From Gammaproteobacteria bacterium (lineage in GTDB: Bacteria; Pseudomonadota; Gammaproteobacteria; G965209235): DNA of 64,000 nucleotides. Where the stretch lies: assembly GCA_965209235.1 (NCBI GenBank), contig OZ242382.1:490403-554402 (forward strand), written 5' to 3'. This document shows, in pieces, positions 29,363 to 37,995 of the stretch (within the stretch, counting starts at the first letter, position 1; the number at the start of each line of letters is the position of its first letter). Below the pieces are notes generated by a model. It did not search any database and had not been told where the DNA came from. It was given only the letters and a program-made list of their open reading frames with translations. The translations under genes were made by a program, and so were the position numbers.

Positions 29363-30463
29363 CTATCCTGCCTTGCGCACGTCATCCACAATCGCTTGTA
29401 CGCGACTTAAAAGCTCGGCCTTTTTCTCATCAACAAACTCGGGATTCCCCTTCCGGTAGCTGACATCAATCTTGCTGCCTTTCTCACCCCCGTCGTAGCC
29501 ATGCAGATAGGGCAGCAAGCCTCCAAAACGCGGGTCCGACGTGATGTGCTTGTGCAGAAAGACGACATCTGTGTTGAACGCGCGACAAGGAAGCGCGCAA
29601 TGCAGGCGGCTAGTCACGACTAATTCAGCATTTCGATACTTGGCTAACAGCTCCTGAGCCACTTGGAGACGCCGACGCGGCCGACTAAACAGCGCACGAT
29701 TACCGCCCTGAAATGCATCGTGGGAGATGACATGAAGTCGCTGCAAGTCCGTAAGGTCGTTGCCGCGGCATGCACCTTGGTTGCATTTCGGATTGAGATC
29801 AACAGAATACCCACCGTTTCTTGGAGCAGAGCTCTTATCGAACGTCAGCGTCAGGCACCCAGTGAAGTACGCATCAATTCCGCGTTTTTGTAAGCAATCA
29901 ACGGTCCACTGATCACGGCAGCCTATAGGACCTTGAGCTTTGAAGAAATCGATGTAACGATCGATCAGCCGGTCATCCTGGAGATGGAAGCTGATCATCG
30001 CGGGAGACACGTGCGCAGGCGGCACAAACATCTCCTTATTCGTGGTATACCACCCATTCATGATTAACTTGACCGGCGGGCCGTTGTAAGCTGACAGTCT
30101 CTCGCGATCAATCAGGATAATCTCAGATTCGTCCACGCCGCAGTGTTTCAGTGCATTGATCGCGGCAAGAGCCTGAATGTCATCCCCGATATTGACGCCA
30201 CTAACCCATATGACCCCAAACTTCGTCGGCCGAGCCTCTTTTCTCTGAGGGGCCCGGCCTTCAGTTGGGTTCCCAACGAACTGCTGCCGCACGCCATTGG
30301 CCACGGCGCGCTGGCTGTACGTCCCGACCCTGAGATCGAGGTGACGCACGAAATAGTCAGACGGAGTCCCGTCATCCCGCGAAAACCACATGCGGTCCTT
30401 GGTGCGTTTGAGGTAGTCGCCAAAGGGACCTAACCTCACCTCGTTCATCAACCGCTTAAGCAT
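29363..30463 (-). CDS. Polysaccharide pyruvyl transferase family protein (paralog 2)
   Basis: It has NIGDDIQALAAINAL and TSRLHCALPCRAFNTDVVFL. It converges on the bkdB stop, leaving only a 7-bp gap. Confidence 0.6.
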   Translation of the reverse strand: MLKRLMNEVRLGPFGDYLKRTKDRMWFSRDDGTPSDYFVRHLDLRVGTYSQRAVANGVRQQFVGNPTEGRAPQRKEARPTKFGVIWVSGVNIGDDIQALAAINALKHCGVDESEIILIDRERLSAYNGPPVKLIMNGWYTTNKEMFVPPAHVSPAMISFHLQDDRLIDRYIDFFKAQGPIGCRDQWTVDCLQKRGIDAYFTGCLTLTFDKSSAPRNGGYSVDLNPKCNQGACRGNDLTDLQRLHVISHDAFQGGNRALFSRPRRRLQVAQELLAKYRNAELVVTSRLHCALPCRAFNTDVVFLHKHITSDPRFGGLLPYLHGYDGGEKGSKIDVSYRKGNPEFVDEKKAELLSRVQAIVDDVRKAG

Positions 30464-30534
30464 GCGCTCTAAAGATCAACACCCAGTCATCGCCGATTCT
30501 ATGTCTGGATAAAGCCAGCCTTTATCCTCGGCAA

Positions 30535-31707
30535 TTATCCAGATTTTGTTTTGTCAACAATGACTTTGATACGATCGCTCAACTCCGCCTTGATTTGATT
30601 GATGCCGGCTCGATCAACCGTCCGATAGCTGAGATCAACCAGACTGTCCGTCTGGCCGCCGTCGTACCCATTCAGGTAGGGGCGCAACCCACCAAAACGC
30701 GGATCCTCTTCTATCTTGCTGTGGAGAAAGATGACATCTGTGTTCATTGCCCGGCACGGTAACGCGCAATGTAAGCGCGTCGTCACAACGAGCTCTGCGG
30801 TGCGAAATTTGTGCAATAGGTCCTGAGCCATCATGAGCCGCCTACGCGGCAGAAAACGCACGGGGTTGCTCGGGACAAAGGCATCATGCCGGATCGAGAT
30901 CGGATTCTGTAAATTCGACAGATCATTCCCTCGATAAAAGCTCGGGATCGGATCATCCCATAGATCTGACGCATACGTACCAGACCGGGGGGCATCACTC
31001 TCATCAAAGGTTAACGTCAAGCAACCAGAAAAATACGCGTCAATTCCGCGTTTCTTCATCATCTCGACGGTCGCTAGGTCTCGACATCCAACCGGTCCAT
31101 GCTCTTTCAAGAATGCCTGATAGCGGTCAATCAACTCTTCGCGAGCGATATGCATGCTGACGATGAGCGGCGAAACATGCGGCGGCGGTTCAAACATCTC
31201 CTGATTGTGCGTGAACCACCCATTCATAATCAACGTCACCGGCGGACCGTCGTATAGCGACAGGCGTTCTCGATCGATGAGCACTATCTCTGACTCAGTC
31301 ACCCCGTGCTTCTTCAGCAGGTTGATGGCAGCGAGAGTCTGAACGTCATCGCCGATATTCACTGTGCTGGCCCAAAGAACGCCGAATTTCTTTGAGGATG
31401 TGCTGGCAGCCCCTGCTTGCTGTCGCGCATTCCACACCGGTTTTGTCTTCTGCGGCGCCCGACCGGTCAAAGCGGTGACTGATGCCGATGGCCCTTGATT
31501 AGCGATTTGGAGGGTTTGGGGATTCACGAAGTACCGTGTCGCATCGTCCTCATTGTCGTCACGACTCAACCGTTTTTGTATGGCCCTGTAGGTATCTCCC
31601 ACTCTACCGTGCCAACCATAAGTTGCCAACCGGCGTACCAACCCGAAGGCAGGACGGGGGGTTGCTGCCATGTTATCTCTCCAATTGCTTAAACAAAACG
31701 TCTGCAC
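30535..31707 (-). CDS. Polysaccharide pyruvyl transferase family protein (paralog 3)
   Basis: It has NIGDDVQTLAAINLLKKHG and TTRLHCALPCRAMNTDVIFL. Confidence 0.6.
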   Translation of the reverse strand: MQTFCLSNWRDNMAATPRPAFGLVRRLATYGWHGRVGDTYRAIQKRLSRDDNEDDATRYFVNPQTLQIANQGPSASVTALTGRAPQKTKPVWNARQQAGAASTSSKKFGVLWASTVNIGDDVQTLAAINLLKKHGVTESEIVLIDRERLSLYDGPPVTLIMNGWFTHNQEMFEPPPHVSPLIVSMHIAREELIDRYQAFLKEHGPVGCRDLATVEMMKKRGIDAYFSGCLTLTFDESDAPRSGTYASDLWDDPIPSFYRGNDLSNLQNPISIRHDAFVPSNPVRFLPRRRLMMAQDLLHKFRTAELVVTTRLHCALPCRAMNTDVIFLHSKIEEDPRFGGLRPYLNGYDGGQTDSLVDLSYRTVDRAGINQIKAELSDRIKVIVDKTKSG

Positions 31708-31775
31708 GTACAGACGGGGATATCTCCCTGTTTAGCACTCTCTGCCAAACCGAGTGGGGGAACCCGACGATTGAC

Positions 31776-34457
31776 TTACTTCGCTGAAACACGCCGACGC
31801 ACCGTTCGTACTTTAACGCGTTGCCAATCTCCCCAAGATTGTCCCTGCGCGCGAACTTCCCAAATAAGATTATCGTCTCCGTGAGCCGCACCCCCGCGAA
31901 CATACTGAAGGTGCTGTCGCGAGTCATACATGAGAGTCGCATCGCCACCATCCGGATCCGATGCTGGCGCACGAGCAAGCCATTGCAGTTTCTCTGGCAA
32001 GAATGCCTCCACCGGCTGAAGCTCGCGGATCAGAGGTGATCGCGAGTCTCGACGCTTGGGGAAGTCGCTGGCCATCAGAAACAAGCCACGGGCTCCTTCT
32101 CTGAGCACAAAGTGCGCTTCACCGTCGTCGGTCTTACACTCCGGCAATGGCACGGGATCCATACGAGTCGGTGCCACGGTGCCATCTCGCCCGATCTTTC
32201 GCGTGGCTTCGCAATTGCTATTCGTGCATTGAAAGTACGGGCCAAAACGACCGACACGACGATGGGACTCTCCGCCGCATCGATCGCATTCCAAAATGTC
32301 CTTCATGCCGGCGGGAGATTCGAAACTTCCGTCCCGCCAAACCGCCCAACTGCAAGACAGCGTTGGGCAAGTCAGCAACCGACGGCCTGGCCGGATGTGA
32401 TGCTCCTCTGCCATCGCAGAGCAGACTTGACAGACCTGCGGTTCTGTGTCGGACACAGGCTCGGTCACCTGAGAAAAGGCACAAGCGTCGTCTCCGCGCT
32501 CAGCGCGTTCCGCCCGCGGATGAGCCACCAATAACCCTTCTTTGACGATTTTCATGCTCAACGCATGCGCGCAAGAAGGGCAGGCAATATCGCTACCACG
32601 CATCCAGTCGTTGGATGGCATGAGGTCGGGTGTCTTTTCCACCAGCTTCAGGTCATGATCCAGCCGATCGTGAGCATCTGTCAAGAAAGTGCGCCAATCA
32701 CGCGAACCATGAGCAATCTCGTCTAACCGTTCCTCCATGGCGCCGGTAAAACCATAGTCCAGCCAATCCGCAAACCCGCGCACAAGGCTGTCCGTGACCA
32801 GTTCACCGACGGGCGTTGGCATCAGACGTCGCCCACTCATCTTGCGCACATAACCGCGCTCCTGCACGGTGTTGATGATAGTGGCGTACGTAGATGGCCG
32901 GCCGATGCCTTTCACCTCCAACGCTTTCACCAACGTCGGCTCGGAATACCGCGGCGGCGGTTCAGACGCATGCTGGCTTGTCGTCGACTCAAGATGCGTG
33001 AGGGCATCTCCGACATCGAGCGCGGGGAGCTGCGTGGATGTAACATCATTTTCCAGCCCAGCCTTCAGCCACCCATCGAAGGTTTGCACCCGGCCTTGCA
33101 CGCGCATGAACAATTCGTCGTCCGACTGGACCGACGTCTCACTGCCGCATTTGGCGGTGATCGTCGTGACGTCGAAGGTGGCCGCTGACATACAGCTCGC
33201 CACACTGCGGCGCCAAATGACCTCATATAGCCTCGCGCAGTAGGCGGATTGACGTGAATCAACTTTTCGCACCGATAAGGTTTGGGCAATATCTCGTGGG
33301 GTCACATGGATATCCGTTGGCCTGACGGCCTCGTGCGCTTCTTGCGCATGAGCCGATGCCTTTTTGCGCGTGACTTTCGATCGGCTCAGGTACTGAGCGC
33401 CGAATGATTGTGAAATCATGTCCCGAATCTGTTCCACAGCTTCTTTGGCGATGCGGTTTGAATCCGTCCGCATGTAAGTGATGAGTCCGGCTTCATACAG
33501 CGCTTGCGCCGCTGACATGGTGCGCTTGACAGGGAATCTCAGAACCGTTCCGGCCACTTGTTGTAGGGTGGATGTCGTAAATGGAGGGCGTGGCTGAGAC
33601 ACGGTGTGGCGCACGCGGCGATCAACAATCGTCGCTGATCCAGCAGCCGTTAAACGATCCTTGGCATCCGTCGCGTCCTGTTCAGTCTCAAATTTTTGCG
33701 ACTTTGTACCGGGACGCAATACGGAGAACTCCATCGCCTTGCCGTCGTGACTGAGCTTGGAAGACACTTCGTGCCACGTCTCGGGGACAAAAGCCCGGAT
33801 GTCGCGCTCGCGCTCCACAATCAACCGCACCGCTACGGATTGCACCCGACCAGCAGAGAGGCCGCGTCCGATGCGCCTGATGATGAGCGGCGACAACCCC
33901 CAACCGACAAAGCGATCCAAGAAACGGCGCGCTTGCTGTGCATTGACCTGGTTTTCGTCCACATCGGATGGATGCGAGAAAGCAGTCTGGATCGCATCTT
34001 TCGTAATTTCATTGAACACAACACGCCGGAACTTGTCTTTCGGCACGCGCAGACGCTCGCGGAGGTGCCATGCAATGGCCTCTCCCTCACGATCGCGGTC
34101 AGTTGCGAGATAGACCATATCGGCATCTTTCGCAGCATCTGTCAACGCTTTGGCATAGCGCTCCCGATCGGGAATGAGTTGATAGTCAGCATCCCACGTT
34201 TTGGTATTGATGCCAAGAGAGCCGTACTTACGCTTTTTGGCCGCAGCCGCTTTGGTTCCAGCGACGCGCGCGGCTGCCCGTTGCCCCGTTCCTGGGAGAT
34301 CCCAGATGTGCCCGGCACTCGACAAGACCTTGTAGTCTTTCCCGAGATACGATTGAATCGTCCGTGCTTTGGCAGGCGATTCCACCACCACTAAATGCAC
34401 CGCTTTTGCTCCTAAGACCTTCGGCCGTACTGCTGTGATCCGTTCACGATTGACCAA
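31776..34457 (-). CDS. topA: DNA topoisomerase I
   Basis: It has the TOPRIM domain (VVVESPAKARTIQSYLG), the catalytic core, and C-terminal Zn-finger/Cys-rich repeats. The annotated start overlaps the upstream gene, so the true start may be an internal GTG. Confidence 0.95.
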   Translation of the reverse strand: MVNRERITAVRPKVLGAKAVHLVVVESPAKARTIQSYLGKDYKVLSSAGHIWDLPGTGQRAAARVAGTKAAAAKKRKYGSLGINTKTWDADYQLIPDRERYAKALTDAAKDADMVYLATDRDREGEAIAWHLRERLRVPKDKFRRVVFNEITKDAIQTAFSHPSDVDENQVNAQQARRFLDRFVGWGLSPLIIRRIGRGLSAGRVQSVAVRLIVERERDIRAFVPETWHEVSSKLSHDGKAMEFSVLRPGTKSQKFETEQDATDAKDRLTAAGSATIVDRRVRHTVSQPRPPFTTSTLQQVAGTVLRFPVKRTMSAAQALYEAGLITYMRTDSNRIAKEAVEQIRDMISQSFGAQYLSRSKVTRKKASAHAQEAHEAVRPTDIHVTPRDIAQTLSVRKVDSRQSAYCARLYEVIWRRSVASCMSAATFDVTTITAKCGSETSVQSDDELFMRVQGRVQTFDGWLKAGLENDVTSTQLPALDVGDALTHLESTTSQHASEPPPRYSEPTLVKALEVKGIGRPSTYATIINTVQERGYVRKMSGRRLMPTPVGELVTDSLVRGFADWLDYGFTGAMEERLDEIAHGSRDWRTFLTDAHDRLDHDLKLVEKTPDLMPSNDWMRGSDIACPSCAHALSMKIVKEGLLVAHPRAERAERGDDACAFSQVTEPVSDTEPQVCQVCSAMAEEHHIRPGRRLLTCPTLSCSWAVWRDGSFESPAGMKDILECDRCGGESHRRVGRFGPYFQCTNSNCEATRKIGRDGTVAPTRMDPVPLPECKTDDGEAHFVLREGARGLFLMASDFPKRRDSRSPLIRELQPVEAFLPEKLQWLARAPASDPDGGDATLMYDSRQHLQYVRGGAAHGDDNLIWEVRAQGQSWGDWQRVKVRTVRRRVSAK

Positions 34458-35733
34458 TCACCTCTCGCGACTCATTGGCAGTCGTGCCGTAGATTCCCTT
34501 AGACATGAGCGAGAGTTCCGTATCACGCAAGCGCTGATAGACCGCTGCCCGCATCTCGTGTGCTTTGAAATCTTTTGGATTTGCCTGCACGGCCCACTCC
34601 ACAAGCTGCGCAGCCAGACGGAGATCACGATCCCCTTCTAACGCATTTGCGGCCTGCGCCAGCAACGTGTCGCGCCCTGCCATAGCGACAACCGCTTGCG
34701 CGATCGTCGAATCATGAGGTGGTTTGAGTCGAGCCGGGTTACCGTCCCACCAGCCACCATACAAACGCCACAAATTGCGGACCACAAACTCCGGCTCGTC
34801 ATATCTTGGAACCAACCAAGGCTTCTCAAGTTCCGCTTGCGGCACTTTGACGGTATGCACGATGTCATCCAAGCTTGCGCCGGAGTTCATCATCTGAAGA
34901 ACGTCAGCGCTCAATCGCTCCAGCACCGTTGCCACATCATTGAGGACCATCGCAATGCGGTCCTTCCCGCGAATGGGCAACCCGTGTGCTGGCAAGAACC
35001 ACTCAGGCTCCTTCGCAAGCATCGCTCGCAATGACTGCGCCCATTCCACTGGATAGCGCTGAACTTTCTGGGGATTCCCAGCATTTGGGAAATTCCAGAT
35101 AAAGAAATCACCAGCACAGATAGCCTTATGGCTCTCAATCCACGCCCATGTGTGGTCATCTGTTTCGCCCTTGCCATGAATGAGCTGGACTCTGAGATCA
35201 CCGATACGCTCTTCGACCCGGTCGTTGTATGAGACAACAGGTTCTAAGACCCCTTTCGGCACAAACTGCGCATCCGGGCCGCCAATGCCATACCCGTGCC
35301 CAAGAAAGCCTTTGAACTGACGAGCGTTGATATGGAGGTTGTAGCCGTTTGTCGTCCTGTAGCGTGCAATCCGCTCGGACACCTTCGTGTGAGCAATGAC
35401 GCGCGGCAATTCGTGGCCTTGTTGCTCCGCATCGTGACGAAACGCCCCACTGCCTCCAATGTGATCGACATGCCCGTGGGTGTAGACGATCGCGGCAATC
35501 CGCTCTTTGCTCCAACTGCGAATGGCTTCAACGACGCGCGTGCCACTGGCAGCACCGCTGGCGTCAAACGCCAGTAGCCCGGCTTCCGTGCGGAATAGGA
35601 CGCAGTGGCTGAACGCCTCCACCATGGCCACGTCGTCCGACAACGTCGACAGTTCATGGTTGATGCGGTTGAGCGGTCCTGAGACCTCTTTTCCGGAGAT
35701 GGCGTCCTCCGCTAACTGAAAGAGGTCAGCCAT
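34444..35733 (-). CDS. MBL-fold metallo-hydrolase with alkyl-sulfatase-type dimerization domain (SdsA1-like, lacking SCP2 domain)
   Basis: It has the THGHVDHIGG metal-binding motif and a C-terminal alkyl-sulfatase dimerization-like helical region. Confidence 0.7.
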   Translation of the reverse strand: MADLFQLAEDAISGKEVSGPLNRINHELSTLSDDVAMVEAFSHCVLFRTEAGLLAFDASGAASGTRVVEAIRSWSKERIAAIVYTHGHVDHIGGSGAFRHDAEQQGHELPRVIAHTKVSERIARYRTTNGYNLHINARQFKGFLGHGYGIGGPDAQFVPKGVLEPVVSYNDRVEERIGDLRVQLIHGKGETDDHTWAWIESHKAICAGDFFIWNFPNAGNPQKVQRYPVEWAQSLRAMLAKEPEWFLPAHGLPIRGKDRIAMVLNDVATVLERLSADVLQMMNSGASLDDIVHTVKVPQAELEKPWLVPRYDEPEFVVRNLWRLYGGWWDGNPARLKPPHDSTIAQAVVAMAGRDTLLAQAANALEGDRDLRLAAQLVEWAVQANPKDFKAHEMRAAVYQRLRDTELSLMSKGIYGTTANESREVIGQS

Positions 35734-37670
35734 CAGTGCTTCTCAACCAGCGATGCTTGTGCTGATGAGCCATTCCATCCGCATGCTCTGCCGCGGTTTT
35801 GCTGCTTCAACCAGCGTTGCAAAGGCGCAAAGTAATCCAAGATTGCCGAAGCATCCATGCGATCTTCGCCGATGCCTTCTTGCAGCGTTTTCTGCCACGG
35901 TTGGCTGTTGCCCTTACCCAGCACGTCGCGCAACTGCTTGCCCGCTTTTTCGCTTCCGTAGATCGTGCAACGATTCAGCGGTCCCTTATGACCGGCTGTT
36001 TCGCACAACGCACGGTGGAATTGGAATTGCAGAATGAACGAGAGGAAGTACCGCGTGTATGGGGTATTCCCCGGAATGTGGTACTTAGCACCGGGATCAA
36101 AGTGCTCTTCGGTTCTTTGCAGTGGTGCTTTGACGCCTTGGTATTTCTCGCGCAAGCTCCACCATCCTTCGTTTACGGAATCTTGAGGAATATCACCCGA
36201 GAAAACCCCCCAGCGCCAGCGATCGATCATCAAGCCGAACGGCAGGAAAGCGATCTTCTCAAGTGCCAGACGCATCAAGAGGTTCAGATCAGCAGCCGCT
36301 GGCGGCTCACGCCGAATGAACCCGATCTGCTTCAAGTATGCAGGCGTAATGGAGAGCGAAAGGACATCACCCACGGCTTCGTGAAAACCATCATGCGCTC
36401 CGCCTTGCAACAGAATCGGGAGGTGGTTGTATTCGCGGTCGTAGTAGACGTGACCGAGTTCGTGGTGGATCGTTGTGAAGTCTTCTGCGGAATGCCGATC
36501 AATGCACATCTTGATGCGCAGGTCGTCTTTCGTGTCGAGAGTCCAGGCGCTGGCATGACAGACAACTTGACGGTCGCGCGGTTGCACAAACAGCGAACGG
36601 TCCCAAAACGTATCCGGCATGGGAGCAAAACCCAGTGACGAGAAGAATTTCTCACCAATGCGGACCAATTCCAACTCGTCGTAGTCACGCTCTACCAAGA
36701 TTTCTCTCAGATCGTAGCCAGGGTCGCCGGCTGGCATTTCCACGATGTCTTGAACGTTATCCCAGGTTTGGGCCCACATGTTGCCGAGAAGATGTGCGGG
36801 AATCGGGCCGTCGGTATCCACCAGATCTTTGCCGTAGTACTCTGCCAATCCAGCCCGGACGTGACAATGCAGCTCCTCATACAGCGGCTGCACTTGACCC
36901 CACAAGCGGTCTAACTCATCGGCAAACGCATCGGGATCCATATCGTAACCGGATCGCCAAGCGTCAGCCAAATTGGCATAGCCCAGAGACTGCGCACCTT
37001 CCGTCGCAATCCCGATCATCTCAAGGTAGTCATCACGCATCGCGGGCGACACGGTGCGCCATCCCTGCCACGCATCCAACAACTCGTGATAGTCACGCGA
37101 TGAGGCCATGGTTTTGGTGAGGACTTGAAGATCTTTGCACTCGCCGTTCGATGGGCAGTATTGGCCAGCACCGTATTGCGCTTCGAGGCTCTGTGCGATC
37201 GCTGCTAAACGTGCCGCCTTAATCTCATCAAGCGGTGCTGGCAAGGTCTGGCGACGAAGTTCATCAAGTTGGCGACGTTCAGCAGGACTGAGGTCGACAT
37301 CATTGAACTGCGCAGCTTCACGCGCTAGTCGCGCTGCCAGTAATGCGCTCTTTTTGCCGGCGTCAGCCGCGAGCTGTTGCGTGTCAGACGTGATGAAGTT
37401 TGATGCCAACCACTGCGCACGCGCAGCCTCAACCCAGTTTTCACGGATTGCGGCATCGGTAGTTTTGAGGAACTCTCGCGCTTCACTGGCCGAAGGCGGC
37501 ATAGGGTCGTCATCGCTTGAGAGAGCGAGCACCGCATGGGGGTACATCGCCACAGCAATGACTGTCGCCAGCGCTGCATTTTTGAGTGAATAAAACATGG
37601 TCCCTGCCGCTGGCAAGCTCCAGATGAGAGCGTGAGTATATAGGTGACGCCGTTTGACTGGCACGCGCAC
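35733..37670 (-). CDS. Peptidase family M2 (angiotensin-converting-enzyme-like peptidyl-dipeptidase)
   Basis: The HHELGHVYY zincin motif and the downstream FHEAVGD match the ACE HHEMGH...HEAIGD. A signal peptide is likely if translation starts at the internal Met (MFYSLKNAALATVIAVAM). Confidence 0.85.
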   Translation of the reverse strand: MRVPVKRRHLYTHALIWSLPAAGTMFYSLKNAALATVIAVAMYPHAVLALSSDDDPMPPSASEAREFLKTTDAAIRENWVEAARAQWLASNFITSDTQQLAADAGKKSALLAARLAREAAQFNDVDLSPAERRQLDELRRQTLPAPLDEIKAARLAAIAQSLEAQYGAGQYCPSNGECKDLQVLTKTMASSRDYHELLDAWQGWRTVSPAMRDDYLEMIGIATEGAQSLGYANLADAWRSGYDMDPDAFADELDRLWGQVQPLYEELHCHVRAGLAEYYGKDLVDTDGPIPAHLLGNMWAQTWDNVQDIVEMPAGDPGYDLREILVERDYDELELVRIGEKFFSSLGFAPMPDTFWDRSLFVQPRDRQVVCHASAWTLDTKDDLRIKMCIDRHSAEDFTTIHHELGHVYYDREYNHLPILLQGGAHDGFHEAVGDVLSLSITPAYLKQIGFIRREPPAAADLNLLMRLALEKIAFLPFGLMIDRWRWGVFSGDIPQDSVNEGWWSLREKYQGVKAPLQRTEEHFDPGAKYHIPGNTPYTRYFLSFILQFQFHRALCETAGHKGPLNRCTIYGSEKAGKQLRDVLGKGNSQPWQKTLQEGIGEDRMDASAILDYFAPLQRWLKQQNRGRACGWNGSSAQASLVEKH

Positions 37671-37995
37671 CGAGCTTTGCTTGGAGCACGATAACGGGCG
37701 CCTTCTGAACGCAATGAGAACGCGCCCCGCGACGCTCAGCGTTCCGCTACGCGCACAGACGCCACCGCTTACTCAACAGCCGACGACCTTGCTGCGCAGG
37801 ATGAATTTCGGAAATATCTCCAGCGTATTCACGCTCCGTTTTACCCATAGATTTCACTCTACTGAACCGGCTGATCAGCCGACGATTACATCGTTTCAGC
37901 GCACTAAGTACGCAGGCGAATCGTTGCCGCCGTAGAATTTGACTATCCACGCGCCTTGGAACTCGGGGTGCGCATGTCTGATATTGAGATTTCTT

